A DNA stretch of 64,000 bases from an uncultured delta proteobacterium (GTDB lineage Bacteria; Myxococcota; Myxococcia; Myxococcales; Anaeromyxobacteraceae): the NCBI GenBank assembly GCA_963766715.1, contig CAVYBH010000008.1:96001-160000 (forward strand). The letters run 5' to 3'. This document shows, in pieces, positions 1 through 11,411 of the stretch (position 1 is its first letter; every line of letters starts with the position of its first letter). Both the position numbers and the translations under genes were made by a program. The notes beneath the pieces were generated by a model. It saw only the letters and a program-made list of their open reading frames with translations, was not told the DNA's origin and made no database searches.

Positions 1-390
1 ACACGGTTCGGACAGTGGTGGCGCCGGGCGGTGCGCGCCGGGCATGCCTTCGCGGAGGGAGCCGCCCGTCACGGCCGGCCGCCGGAGCGCCACTGGGTGC
101 GGGAGACCCGAAGCCTGGTGATCTGGGGCGGCCTGTTCCCGCTCGCCGGGCTCCTCCTCGCCCCCGTCACGCGCGGCGCCTCGGTCGTCGCGCTGCTCGC
201 GCTCTATGCCCTCCAGTTCGGCCGGATCTACGCCTCGGAGCGGCGCCGGGGCCGCGGTCCCGCGGACGCCCGGACGCTCGCGGCCTTCCTCCTCCTCGCC
301 AAGGTCCCGGAGTTCCAGGGCGCCTCCCAGTACGCGCTCCTGGCCCTGGCCGGCCGGCGCAGCCGCGTGATCGAGTACAAGAGCGGGTGA
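1..390 (+). CDS. Glycosyltransferase family 2, C-terminal part (5' truncated by window)
   Basis: TRFGQWWRRAVRAGHAFAE followed by hydrophobic helices and a terminal VIEYK, typical of GT2 C-termini in EPS loci. Confidence 0.7.
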   Translation, partial: TRFGQWWRRAVRAGHAFAEGAARHGRPPERHWVRETRSLVIWGGLFPLAGLLLAPVTRGASVVALLALYALQFGRIYASERRRGRGPADARTLAAFLLLAKVPEFQGASQYALLALAGRRSRVIEYKSG

Positions 391-469
391 CACGCGCGAC
401 CCGCCCCCTCGTTCGAGGGACTCACCAGGAAGACTCCCCCGTGCTAGCCATTCGATGCACCGAGGCCAC

Positions 470-1454
470 ATGCCCCTGACCCATCCCCTCACCATCGACC
501 CGGAGAAGGTCGCCGAGCAGATCTCCCTGGCCATCCGGGAATCCGTCCTCGGTACGCTGAAGCGGCGTGGCGCCGTCGTCGGGATGTCCGGCGGCATCGA
601 CAGCTCCGTCGTGGCGGCCCTCTGCGCCCGGTGCCCTCGGGCCGGAGCGGGTCTTCGGGCTCCTCATGCCCGAGCGCGACTCCTCCCCCGACGCGCTGCG
701 ACTCGGCCGGATGCTCGCGGACCACCTCGGGATCCGCCACGCCGTCGAGGACATCGCTCCGGCGCTCGCCGGGCTCGGTTGCTACGACCGGCAGCTCGAG
801 GCGATCCGGATGGTGGTCCCGGAGTACGGCGAGGGCTGGAAGTGCAAGCTCTACCATGCCGTCGATCCTCGGACGGCGACCGGCTCAACATCACGTCGCT
901 CGACGGTGGCCGACCCCGCCGGGGAACCAGCGCTCGGTGCGGATGACGCCGGCCGCCTACCTCCAGATGGTCGCGGCCACCAACTTCAAGCAGCGCACGC
1001 GCAAGATGATGGAGTACTACCACGCCGACCGCCTGAACTACGCCGTCGCCGGCACGCCGAACCTGCTCGAGTACGACCAGGGCTTCTTCGTGAAGCAGGG
1101 CGACGGGGCGGCCGACTTCAAGCCCATCGCGCACCTCTACAAGACCCAGGTGTACGCCCTGGCCGAGTACCTCGGCGTTCCGGAGGAGATCCGCTCCGCG
1201 GCCGCCCACGACCGACACCTTCTCGCTCGCGCAGACCCAGGAGGAGTTCTACTTCGCTCTCCCGTACCGCGAGATGGACCTCTGCCTGTGGGCGCACAAC
1301 CACGGCATGCCGGCAGCCGAGCTGGCCCCGGTCGTCGGGCTCACGGCCGACCAGGTGGAGCGCGTGTACCGCGACATCGAGGCCAAGCGGCGGGTGAGCC
1401 GCTACCTGCACCAGGCGCCCGCTGCTGATGGGCCCCGGCGGTCGCGGAGCCTAG
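470..1454 (+). CDS. nadE: NAD(+) synthase-like N-type ATP pyrophosphatase (frameshifted)
   Basis: SGGIDSS PP-loop, NFKQRTR, GFFVKQGDG, LYKTQVY spread over three frames; ATG 470, TAG 1452-1454. Confidence 0.85.
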
Positions 1455-1456
1455 CC

Positions 1457-3512
1457 ATGTGCGGCATCGCCGGCGTCGTCACGCTCCGCGACGGGCTGTC
1501 CCCCGCCGACGATGGCGGAGCTCGAGGCCATGGTGGGCGCGCTTCGGCACCGCGGGCCGGACGAGTTCGGCATCTACCGGGACGCGCGCGCCGGGCTCGG
1601 GCACGCCCGGCTCTCCATCATCGACCTCGCCACCGGCCAGCAGCCGCTCTCGCAACGAGGACGGGACCCTGTGGGTGGTCTTCAACGGGGAGATCTTCAA
1701 CTACGTCGAGCTGCGCGACGAGCTGACCGCCCTGGGACACGTGTTCCGGACCCGGAGCGACACGGAGGTCATCGTCCACGCCTGGGAGGCCTGGGGCGAG
1801 GAGGCCTTCGGCCGGTTCAACGGCCAGTTCGCCATCGCCCTGTGGGACGAGCGAGCGGAGGAGCTCGTCCTGGCGCGGGACCGGCTCGGCGTCCGGCCCC
1901 TCTACCTCTGCGAGCACGACGGCCGGCTCTGGTTCGCCAGCGAGGTGAAGGGCATCTTCGCGGGCGACCCCGCCATTCCCCGGGAGCTCGACCCGGTCGG
2001 AATCTCCGAGACCTTCACCTTCTGGACGGTGGTGCCGCCGCAGTCCGTCTTCCGGGGCGTGACGGAGCTCGAGCCGGGCCACCTGCGGCGGGTCTCCCGG
2101 CGCGGCGTGGTCGACCGGGCCTTCTGGAGCCCGACGCTACCCGGCCTCCGGACGGGGCGCCTTCGCCGGCTCGCTCACCGACGCGACGCGCGAGGTGGGG
2201 GGAGCACTCGAGCAGGCCGTCCGCCTCCGCATGCTGCGCGCCGACGTCCCGGTGGGTTGCTACCTCTCCGGCGGCCTCGACTCCTCCCTCGTCGCCGCCC
2301 TCGGACGGAGGGTGAAGGGCGACCGGTTCCTCACCTTCTCGGTCCGCTTCGAGGACGCCGAGTACGACGAGACGCCCTACCAGCGCAGCGTGGCGGCCAT
2401 GATCGGAAGCGATCACCGCGAGCTCGCTGGTGCGGCGGTCGGACATCGGGGAGGCCTTCCCGCGGTGGTCGCCCACGCCGAGCGGCCGTTGCTCCGGACC
2501 GCCCCGGCTCCGCTCTTCCTGCTCTCCGGGCTGGTGCGCGAGTCCGGGATCAAGGTGGTCCTGACCGGAGAGGGCGCCGACGAGATGTTCGCCGGGTACG
2601 ACCTCTTCCGGGAGGGGAAGGTGCGGCGCTTCTGGGGACGCCAGCCCGGGTCCTCCCTTCGCCCCCGGCTCCTGGAGCGGCTCTACCCGTACCTGGCCCG
2701 ATCTCCCGTGGGGCAGCAGGCCCTTGCCCGGGAGTTCTTCGGCCGCGGACCGGGGCGACTGGGCGGCCCCCGGCTTCGCCCATCGGACGCGCTGGCAGCC
2801 GACCGCGGCCCTCCAGCGCCTCTTCGCTCCCGGGTTCCGGCAGGCCGCCGAGGCCACCGACGTGGTGGGGCGCCTGCTCGCGCTCGCTTCCCGAGGCGTT
2901 CCCGTCCTGGGCGCCGCTCGCCCAGGACCAGTACCTCGAGACCCGCACGCTCCTCGCGGGCTACCTGCTCTCGTCCCAGGGCGATCGCATGCTCATGGCC
3001 CACTCCGTCGAGGGACGCTTCCCCTTCCTCGACGCGGACCTGGTCGAGCTCGCGAACTCGCTCCCTGCCTCCTACAAGCTGCGCGGGCTCGACGAGAAGC
3101 ACGTGCTGAAGAAGGTCGCCGAAGGGCTCGTTCCGGACGAGGTCGCTGCGCCGCCCCAAGCAGCCGTACCGGGCACCGGACGCCCTCTGCTTCGTGGGGC
3201 CCGGGGCGCCGTCCTGGGTCGACGGCGTCCTGGACAGCCGCGCCGTCGTCCGATGCCGGCGTCTTCGAGCCCCGGTCGGTCGAGCGGCTCTGGAAGAAGT
3301 GCCGGGCGTCGGGCGGGGGAGAGCAGTTCTCCAATGCCGACAACATGGCGCTCGTGGGCGTGCTCTCGACCGGGCTGCTCCACGAGCGCGCTCGTCCGTT
3401 CCCCTCCCGGCACGGGAACGGAGATCGAGGTCCGGACGCGGGTCGACCACCTGGCCGGCCCTGGCGCCGGACGCCGTCTTGCGGCAAAGTCCTGGACGGG
3501 GGGAAGTCATGA
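1457..3512 (+). CDS. asnB: Asparagine synthase (glutamine-hydrolysing)-like amidotransferase (frameshifted)
   Basis: N-terminal [54 protein letters not shown]. Confidence 0.92.
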
Positions 3513-3816
3513 GCACGCACGGGGGAGCAGTGGTAGCCTCGACCGCTCGACGAACGGAGGAGGCTCCACTGGAAGTCCGAGATCGCGTCAGGCAGTTCAT
3601 CATCGAGAACTTCTACGTCAGCGATCCGTCCGAGGTCGGCGACGACGTGTCCCTCATCAGCAGCGGGCTCGTGGATTCGACCGGCATGCTCGAGGTCATC
3701 TCCTTCCTGGAAACCGAGTACGGCTTCCACGTGGAGGAGCAGGAGACCACCCCGGCCAATCTCGAGACGGTCGGCCGGATCGCCGACTTCGTCGTCCGGA
3801 AGCGACCGCCGCCTAG
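3509..3816 (+). CDS. Acyl carrier protein
   Basis: VRQFIIENF...GLVDSTGMLEVISFLE phosphopantetheine motif; ATGA overlap with asnB; stop 3816 needs a 1-nt shift. Confidence 0.85.
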
Positions 3817-3826
3817 ACGCCCGGCC

Positions 3827-4845
3827 TCAGAGGATGGCGCGCAGCCGCGTCCGCCGCAGGACCGACGACGAGCCACAGGGTCGGGCGGCACGCTCACGAG
3901 GACGAGCAGGACCGGGCCCAGCTGGATGCCCATGACCCGCTCCAGCCGCATGACCGTCTGCGTGTAGAGCGGTTCCTGCAGGAGGTAGCCGCCGAGAAGA
4001 GCGGCGTGATCTTCTCGATCCATCGCCCCGGCGGGTTGGGCAGCAGCGCCCCCGCCGCCACCAGGCCGAGCGCCAGCGCATAGCGAAGGGGCTCCGCCGT
4101 CACGAGCGGCGTTCCCGCGGGACGGAGTGCGAGGCTCGCACCCAGCGCCGCGACGCAGGCGGCCAGCACCGCCCACCACACGAGCCGGACGTTGGCCCAG
4201 GGACGCGCCAGCGTCCTCCCCAGCATGAGGCCGAGCGGGACCGCGGGCAGGCCGAAGGCCCACTGCCGGAACGGCTCGACCCGGATGTCGGCGAGGTGCG
4301 CGAACGCGATGGCCGCCACGCCGAGCAGGCCGCAGGCGACGAGGAAGAGGCGCGTGGGGACCTTCTGCGTCCAGACGTCGAGGTAGTGGACGGCGATCCC
4401 CACGATGGCCGCGAAGGGCAGGAACCAGAGGTGGATGGTGGTCCCGTAGAGGAGCATCCGGGCGTTGACCATGTCTCGGCACGGAGACCCCGTTCCGCAG
4501 CCCGATCACCAGGCCGGCCGCCCCGAAGAGGAGCGACCAGGCCACCCAGGGAAAGAGCAGCTTCTCCACCCGCACCTGGATGAACTTCCGGGTCGGCTCC
4601 GGCGTGGGAAGGCGGGACGCGAGCGCGAAGCGGAGCAGGAGGAAGATGGGCAGGCCGGCGCCCAGGAACAGGTACTCCCCCGACATGTGGAACGACGCGA
4701 TGTCCAGGAACGAGAGGAGCCGCAGGCGGTCCCAGTTCGCTCTGGCGCGCGCGCTTCGGCTGGCCGGGGCGCGGCGGCGTCGTGCGGGGGCGCCTCCTCC
4801 CGGGAGGAGGGGCCGCCCGCTCGATCGCCGCGCCGGCCTAGTCAC
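3827..4845 (-). CDS. Acyltransferase family 3 (OafA-like) membrane protein (frameshifted)
   Basis: DRLR...H, RVEKLLFPW, HLWFLP motifs and many TM segments across frames; start uncertain. Confidence 0.7.
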
Positions 4846-7800
4846 TGGCAGTCAGCGAGGTCCCGGAGAGCCTGCAGGCCACCGCCGCCTTCACGTATCC
4901 CTGCCACGGCTCGGTTCCGGTGTGGTCGCTGCCCACCGAGATGGCGCCCCCGGCCAGGTCGGGCGGCGCGCCCGTGAGCGGCGACCCGTCCGGCCGGCGT
5001 CAGCGCGACGTCGTTCACGTACAGGGTCATGGTGCCGTTGGGCGCGACGCATCCCTTGATCCGGGCCGACGTGTCGACCGGGATGGAGAAGTCCGCCTTG
5101 GCGAACCCGTTCACCGCGCCCTGCACGAACATCTCCAGGAGGTGCCGCCCGCCGTGCCCATGACCATGAGCCTGCACCGTCTGGCGCCTCGACGTCGGCC
5201 GGGAAGGACCACCGACCAGGGTTCGCCGGTCGAAGAACGGTCCCTGCCAGGTCATCCCGGTGGGCGGCTGGGCCTCGGCGCCGATGCAGAAGCCGGTCGC
5301 GGCCGTGCTCGGGCTGAGGGCCGGGAGGGTGAGCACCTCCCGGGTCGGCTGCGTGGCGAGCGAGCTGTAGATGGTCGGGCCCGGGTCGAAGCCGAGCGGG
5401 ATCACCGGGCGCCGAGACGCCGGCGATGTCCCGGCCCAGCTGGGTGAGGACCACGCCCCAGGCGTGGAACTCGATGGGCGTCGCGCCGTCGTTCCGGAGG
5501 TAGACCGTCCCGAGCGCGGTCGGGCGGGGCGGCGTTGAGCCCGGTGAGCTGGACGTTCGTCCACGTGGTCAGCGCCGCGAGCGGGATGTCCTGCGAGCCC
5601 AGCGGCGTCGGCGGAACGGTGCCCGGGATGTCCGAGGCGACCGTGAGCGTCCCGGTCTGCGTTCCCACCGCGCGCACCCAGATCTGGCCGTGGGCGGCCC
5701 CCGGGTTCACGAAGGCGGTGAGGGGGAGCGAGAGGCTCGCGCCGGCGGGCAAGCAGGATGCGGGCCGCGTTCGCGATGTCGGCGTCGCCCGGCGGGAGCG
5801 CGTCGTTCGGGGTCACCACGGGGGCGCCTGCGCCGCCCGCAGGAGTACGCGACCACAACTGCAGCGCCTCCGGGTACTGGACGCGGTTGGTCGCCTGGAG
5901 CCCGAAGAGGAAGCCCTTGCCGGCCGGGTCGATCCGGGGCTGGTTCTTCCAGGCCGTGTGGTAGGGCGCCCCGGCCCCGACGCCGGGGTAGTAGCCCTCG
6001 CGGTCGCGCACGTAGCTGACGGTCGTCGAGCCGTCCGGCATGAAGAGCCCCAGGATCGCGGCCGTCTTGGCCTCGATGTTGGCCCGGGTGGCGGGGAGCC
6101 TCCACACCGCGGTCTCGTAGACCCGGCCGCCGAAGTCGTGGTGGAGGTCGTTCGCGGCGTAGCCACCCACCGAGGCGTGCGCGAGCGACGTGACCATCGT
6201 ATCGGTCGGGGGAACCGCCGTGGCCGGCGTGGAGAACCGGCCGTTCGCGGCCATGGCGAGGGTCCCGCCGGCGGCGTCGCGCCCGCCGCAGAGCACCACG
6301 TACGAGGGGTTGATCGGGCCCTGCGGGTCCCCGAGGGGCATCGCGAAATCGGTCGCGATGGCGGCGACCTTCTCGCCGGAGGAGCTCTGGTAGCGGAAGG
6401 AGAAGAAGACGCTGCTCTGCATGAGCGCCCACCCGGCGATTCCGCGCTCGCCCTTGGCGATGATGATGCTGTCGTCGGCGGGTGCATTGACCGGGTTCCA
6501 GTCCGGCTTCACCACGGCGCAGACGAGGAGGTCCCCCTGGATGTCGAGGGCGTCGTCACCGGCGGTCGCGACGTAGCGCGACCCCGGCGCGGACGTCGAA
6601 CGGGCCGGCGCTGTAGCGGGTCACGCCCAGGCTGCCGACGCCGTCGAGCGGGTTGTTGGTGACGGGCGCGCCGTCCGGAGCGGTCCACACGATCGCGCTC
6701 GACTCGTGCTGGACCGGGGTCAAGACCAGGTGCTCGACGAGGTCCGGGTCGGCGTCCGGCCAGAAGGACGCGCTCGTGCCCCCCCACGCGGTCGGCGCCT
6801 GCCACTTCTGGAGCAGCACGACCGGCGGGCAGGTGACCGTCACGCTGGTGACGTTCGCGCCTCCCACGGTGCCCGTGCCGTTCGCCGACCGTGCAGACCT
6901 GCGCGGGCGCGCTCGGCTGCGTGAACACCGTCACCGCGTAGGCGCCGCCGCTCACCACCGGCGTCGCGAAGGTGAAGCCCCGTTCGCCGCGACGGCGAGG
7001 TTGTCGCCGCCGTTGTTGCGGAGGACGAGCCCGGTGCCGTCGAGGCCGGTCACCGTTCCGCCCACCGTGAAGCCGCTGGTGACGCAGGTGACGACGACGT
7101 TCGTGACGTTGGCGCCGCCCACCGTGCCGGTCCCGGCGCTCACCCCGCACGTCTGCGCGGGCGAGCCGGGCTGGGTGAGCACGGTCACCGCGTAGGCGGC
7201 GCCGCTGGCGACCGGCGTCGTGAAGGTGAAGGAACCGCTCGCGGCGACGGCCAGGTTGTTCCCTCCGTTGTTCTGGAGCACGAGCCCGCTGCCGGCCAGG
7301 CCCGAGACGGTTCCGCCGATCGTGAAGGTCCGGGTGACGCAGGTCACCGACACGCCGGTCACGTTGGCGTTCGCCACCGTGCCACTGCCGCTCGTCACCG
7401 AGCAGGTCTGGGCCGGGGAGCTCGGCTGGGTGAGCACCGTCACCACGTAGGCCCCGCCGCTCGCCACGCGCGACGTGAAGGTGAACGCGCCGTTCGCGGC
7501 GACGGTCAGGTTGTTGCCCCCGTTGTTCTGGAGCACCACGCCGGCGCCGGTGGCGAGCCCGCTCACCGTCCCGCCGACCGTGTAGGTCTGGCTGGCGCAC
7601 ACCACGCTGACGTTGGTGACGTTGGCGCCCGCCGACGATGCCGGTCCCGTTCGCGACCGTGCAGGTCTGCGACGCCGGGCTGGGTGAGCACGGTCACGGC
7701 GTAGGAGGCGCCGCTCGACACGGACGTGGGGAAGGTGAAGGCGCCGTTCGCGGAGACGGTGAGGTTGTCGCCCCCGTTGTTCTGGAGCACGAGGCCGCCC

Positions 7801-8430
7801 CCGACGAGGCCGGTGACCGTGCCGCCGATCGTGTAGGAGCCGGTGGCGCAGGTGACGGCGACGCTGGTGACGTTCGCGCTCCCCACCGTGCCGCTGCCGC
7901 TCGTCACCGTGCAGGTCTGGGACGGAGCGGACGGCTGGGTGAGGACGGTCACCGCGTAGGCGGCGCCGGTCGCCAGCGGCGGTGGCGAAGGTGAAGGGCC
8001 CGTTGGCCGAGACGGCCAGGTTGTCGCCGGCGTTGTTCTGGAGGACGAGGCCGCTGCCGGCCAGCCCGCTGACCGTTCCGCCGACCGTGCGGGTGACCGC
8101 GGCGCAGGTGACGGCCACGCTCGTGACGTTCGAGGCGCCCACCGTGCCCGCGCCGTTCGCGACCGTGCAGGTCTGGGCGGCGGGCTGGCTGGCGACCGTG
8201 ACCGCGTAGGTGGCGCCGCTCGCCAGCGCGGTCCCGAAGGTGAAGGTCCCGTTGGCCGAGATGGCGAGGTCGCTTCCCCCGTTGTTCCGCAGGACCAGAC
8301 CGGACCCGGTGAGGCCGGTCACCGTGCCGCCCACCGTATAGGTGGTGGTGGGGCCGCCTCCGCCGGAGCTCGTGCAGCTGGCGAGGACGGCGACCGACAG
8401 GACGGCTAGCCACTTCGGCGAGACAGGCAT
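4842..8430 (-). CDS. Large surface lipoprotein with six ~83-aa beta-rich repeats and a LamG-like C-terminal region (frameshifted)
   Basis: Lipobox VLASC; repeats YTVGGTVxGL...LVLQNNGG...TQP...TC...VTC; C-terminal TLYVND...ISVGSD...WQGYV. Confidence 0.75.
6829..8341 (-). repeat. Six intragenic tandem repeats of about 250 bp
   Basis: Recurring gttgttctggag(c/g)ac and gaaggtgaa segments at ~250-bp period. Confidence 0.9.
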
Positions 8431-8576
8431 TCAGGACCTCGTGACAGGTGGACCCGGGTCGCCGACGACCCTCCCGGGTGGGAACTGCTACGACCCAGTG
8501 CAGCACCCTACCCCGCGACCGGGGCGGTGCAAGTCGATTGTCCCGGCGACAGCAGCGGGGTTGGTGGGATGACGAC

Positions 8577-9785
8577 CTACCCGGGGCTCGCGCCGCGGAA
8601 GAGCGCCTCGAGCCGCTCCGCCGAATGGGCCACGTCGAACTCCGGAAGGAGGCGCGCCCGGCCTCCCTCCACGACCCGCGCCCGGAGGGCCGCATCCCCT
8701 GCCAAGGTGGCCATCCGGTCGGCCAGCTGGTCCCAGCGGCCCACGGTGTAGAGCAACCCCGTCTCCCGGTGGATGACGAGCTCCGGGATCCCCGTGATGG
8801 CCGGCGCGATCACCGGGAGCCGGAGCGCCATGGCCTCCATGAGGACGACCGGCAGCCCCTCCATGAAGCTCGAGAGGACGAACACGTGGGCCCGGGACAT
8901 GGCCTCGAGCACCGCGGACTCGGGCAGCGCGCCGCGCAGCTCGACCCGGTCGCCGAGGCCGAGCGCGTCGACCACCGCCCGGATGCGCGCCTCCTCCGGC
9001 CCACCCCCGATGAGCACGAGCTGGGCGTCGAGCCCCTTCCGCACGGCGCCGGCAAAGGCCTCCACCAGGCCCACCTGCCCCTTCTCCGGCGAGAGGCGCC
9101 CGACGGAGAGGACCTGGATCCGCTCCCCGGGCGCGGGCCAGCGCGGCGCCGGCTGCGGGAGTGCGTCCGCCTCGACTCCGCAGCGGACCACGTGGAGCTT
9201 GTGCCAGTCGCCGGGATCGCTGAGCCGCATGGTCTGGCCGCGCCCGAAGTCGGTCACCGAGATCACGAAGCGGCTCGCGGCCACCTTCCGGGCGAGCAAG
9301 GGCGTCGTCGGACCGTCGAAGTCGCCGAGGCCGTGGAGCGCGATGCTCCACCCGATCCCGAGATACCGGGCGGCGGCCATTCCCACGTGGGACGCCGGGT
9401 TCGCGAAGGTGTTGTGGAGATGGGTGACGCCGCGCCGCTCGAGCTCGAGCGCCAGCCGCATCGCCTCGGCGAAGTACGCGAACGACAGGAAGAGGCGCTT
9501 CGCGCCGGGGAGGCGGTGCCCGAGCGTGTCCGACAGGGTGGACAGGAAGCGCCCGGGGCTCCGCGCGAAGGTCCGCACCAGGCTCGCCGCGATGGGCAGC
9601 CAGGGACGCTGCAGCACGTAGAAGGTCCGCGCCTCCTCGGCCCGGTCCGCCTCGGAGAGGCTGTGCGCCGGGCGGATCGAGAAGGTCTCGACCTCCACGC
9701 CGCGCTTGCGCAGGGCCGCCACCTCCCGCCGCACGAAGGTGTGCGACGGGAGCGGGTAGTGACTGACGAGATATCCGATCCTCAA
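8577..9785 (-). CDS. Glycosyltransferase family 4 (WcaL-like)
   Basis: IGYLVSHYP..SHTFVRRE, VGRLSPEKG, EGLPVVLMEAMA; TTG start overlapping upstream TGA. Confidence 0.9.
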   Translation of the reverse strand: MRIGYLVSHYPLPSHTFVRREVAALRKRGVEVETFSIRPAHSLSEADRAEEARTFYVLQRPWLPIAASLVRTFARSPGRFLSTLSDTLGHRLPGAKRLFLSFAYFAEAMRLALELERRGVTHLHNTFANPASHVGMAAARYLGIGWSIALHGLGDFDGPTTPLLARKVAASRFVISVTDFGRGQTMRLSDPGDWHKLHVVRCGVEADALPQPAPRWPAPGERIQVLSVGRLSPEKGQVGLVEAFAGAVRKGLDAQLVLIGGGPEEARIRAVVDALGLGDRVELRGALPESAVLEAMSRAHVFVLSSFMEGLPVVLMEAMALRLPVIAPAITGIPELVIHRETGLLYTVGRWDQLADRMATLAGDAALRARVVEGGRARLLPEFDVAHSAERLEALFRGASPG

Positions 9786-10808
9786 CGTGCCCCCGGGAAG
9801 AAGTGGCTCAGGCGGAGCGCCATCCGCGCCTCGGAGAGGGCCCCGGCCCGGCTCCTGGCGCGTCGCGCGTCGATGTCGCACCGGCGTGAGCCGGAACGGG
9901 TCGGCGCCGGGCGCGTTCGGTCCCCACGCCGTGGTCACGGCCCGCAGGTAGCCGGCGCGGCGAACCGCCTCGACCACGCGCTCGTCGCAGTCGCCGTTCG
10001 GGTAGCAGAAGGACTCGCAGGGCACCCCCAGCTCCTCCTCCAGCCTGGCCCGGGAGCCGGCCACCTCGCGCTCGAGCTGGGCGTCGTCGACGAGGGGCAG
10101 GATCGGGTGGGTCACGCTGTGCGAGCCCACCTCGTGCCCCGCGCGGGCCAGCGCGCGGAGCTGATCCCAGGACATGAGGCCGTCCCAGGCTGGCCGGGCC
10201 GGTCCCGGGAGCGTCCCCTCCACGCGCGCCACGAAGGCGAGCCGGTCCGCGGGCGACAGGCGCTTGGCCCGCTCCATCGCGCCCTTCACGATGGCCCGAT
10301 CGTCGCCGGCGCCGCCGAGGATCGCCTCGGCGCGGGACCGATCGGCGGCGATCAGGCGGGTCGCCGCGTAGCCGAGCCGGTCGTGCCAGAGGAGCTCGTT
10401 GCGGTCCACGCCCTCCACCGGGACGAAGAAGCTCGCCGCGATGCCGGCGCGATCGAGCACCGGCCGGGCGTGCTCGTGGCCGTCGAGCTGCCCGTCGTCG
10501 AAGGTGATGGCCAGGAACGGTCGCGCGGGGCGTTCGCCCTTCTCCCAGCGCCGGTAGGTCGAGGCCAGCGTCCCGCAGGTGTAGTGGGCGGCGAAGAACT
10601 CGACGAACCAGCCGAACTCCTCGACCGACACCGCGATCTCGGGGATGGGGTACTCGCGGAGCTGCTCGGCGGGCAGGACGCGGTGGAAGGTGACCACGGT
10701 GAGCCGCCCGCGGGCCACCCGGGACGGACGGGTGACGCCCGAGGCGAGCAGGAGGGCCCCGGCCACGTCCCGCGCGAGCGGCTGGAGAGTTGACCGGAGG
10801 GAGGCCAT
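9782..10808 (-). CDS. Polysaccharide deacetylase (CE4/NodB)
   Basis: VTFHRV, ITFDDG, GSHSVTH, FCYPNG; one indel near 9885 restores TGA at 9782. Confidence 0.88.
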
Positions 10809-10877
10809 CGGAGGCGCGGGCGAGAGTGGCACAGGTGGCGGGAGGCCATCAACCATGGCACGATTCGCGCCCCGGAG

Positions 10878-11411
10878 GTGCCCGTGCCCGTCGCGATCCA
10901 GGATCAGATCCCCCACAACCACTGCTGGGGCTGCGGGACGGAGAACCCCCGGGGGCTCCGGATCAAGAGCTACGTCGACGGGGAGGAGGCCGTCTGCACC
11001 TTCCGGCCCTCGCCCGACCACATGGCAGGGCCGACGCACGTGGTCTACGGCGGGATCCTCGCCGCGGTGGTCGATTGCCACTCGGTCTGCACGGCCATCG
11101 CCGACGTCTACCGCGCCGCCGGCCAGCCCATCGGGTCCGAACCGCTTCGCTGGTGCGTGACCGCGTCCTTGAAGCTCGACTTCCTGGCGCCGACCCCCAT
11201 CGACCAGCCGATGGAGCTGCGCTCCCGGGTCCGGGAGACGAAGGGGCGCAAGCGCGTGGTGGAGTGCACCGTCCGCTCCGGCGGGCGGGAGGTGGTGCGC
11301 GCCGAGGTCGTGGCCGTGGAGGTGCCGCCGACGTGGACGAGCGGACCGGGGAGCCCGCATGAAGCGCGTCGACGTCCCCGCCCGGCTCTGGTACGACAAC
11401 ACGGATCGTGA
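10878..11411 (+). CDS. PaaI-family (hotdog) thioesterase
   Basis: HCWGCG.ENPRGL, YGGILAAVVDCH, VTASLKLDFLAPTP; true stop may be 11362. Confidence 0.85.
   Translation: MPVPVAIQDQIPHNHCWGCGTENPRGLRIKSYVDGEEAVCTFRPSPDHMAGPTHVVYGGILAAVVDCHSVCTAIADVYRAAGQPIGSEPLRWCVTASLKLDFLAPTPIDQPMELRSRVRETKGRKRVVECTVRSGGREVVRAEVVAVEVPPTWTSGPGSPHEARRRPRPALVRQHGS

Noticed and set aside
470..3512. Programmed frameshifting or pseudogenisation of nadE/asnB
   Set aside because: Indels are scattered window-wide without slippery sites; assembly error is simpler
6829..8341. Periodic repeats as a CRISPR array
   Set aside because: Coding, degenerate, ~250-bp period; no cas genes in the window
10856..10870. Sigma54-like TGGCACG-N4-GCGC
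   Set aside because: Weak -12 element and the implied TSS falls at or inside the gene start
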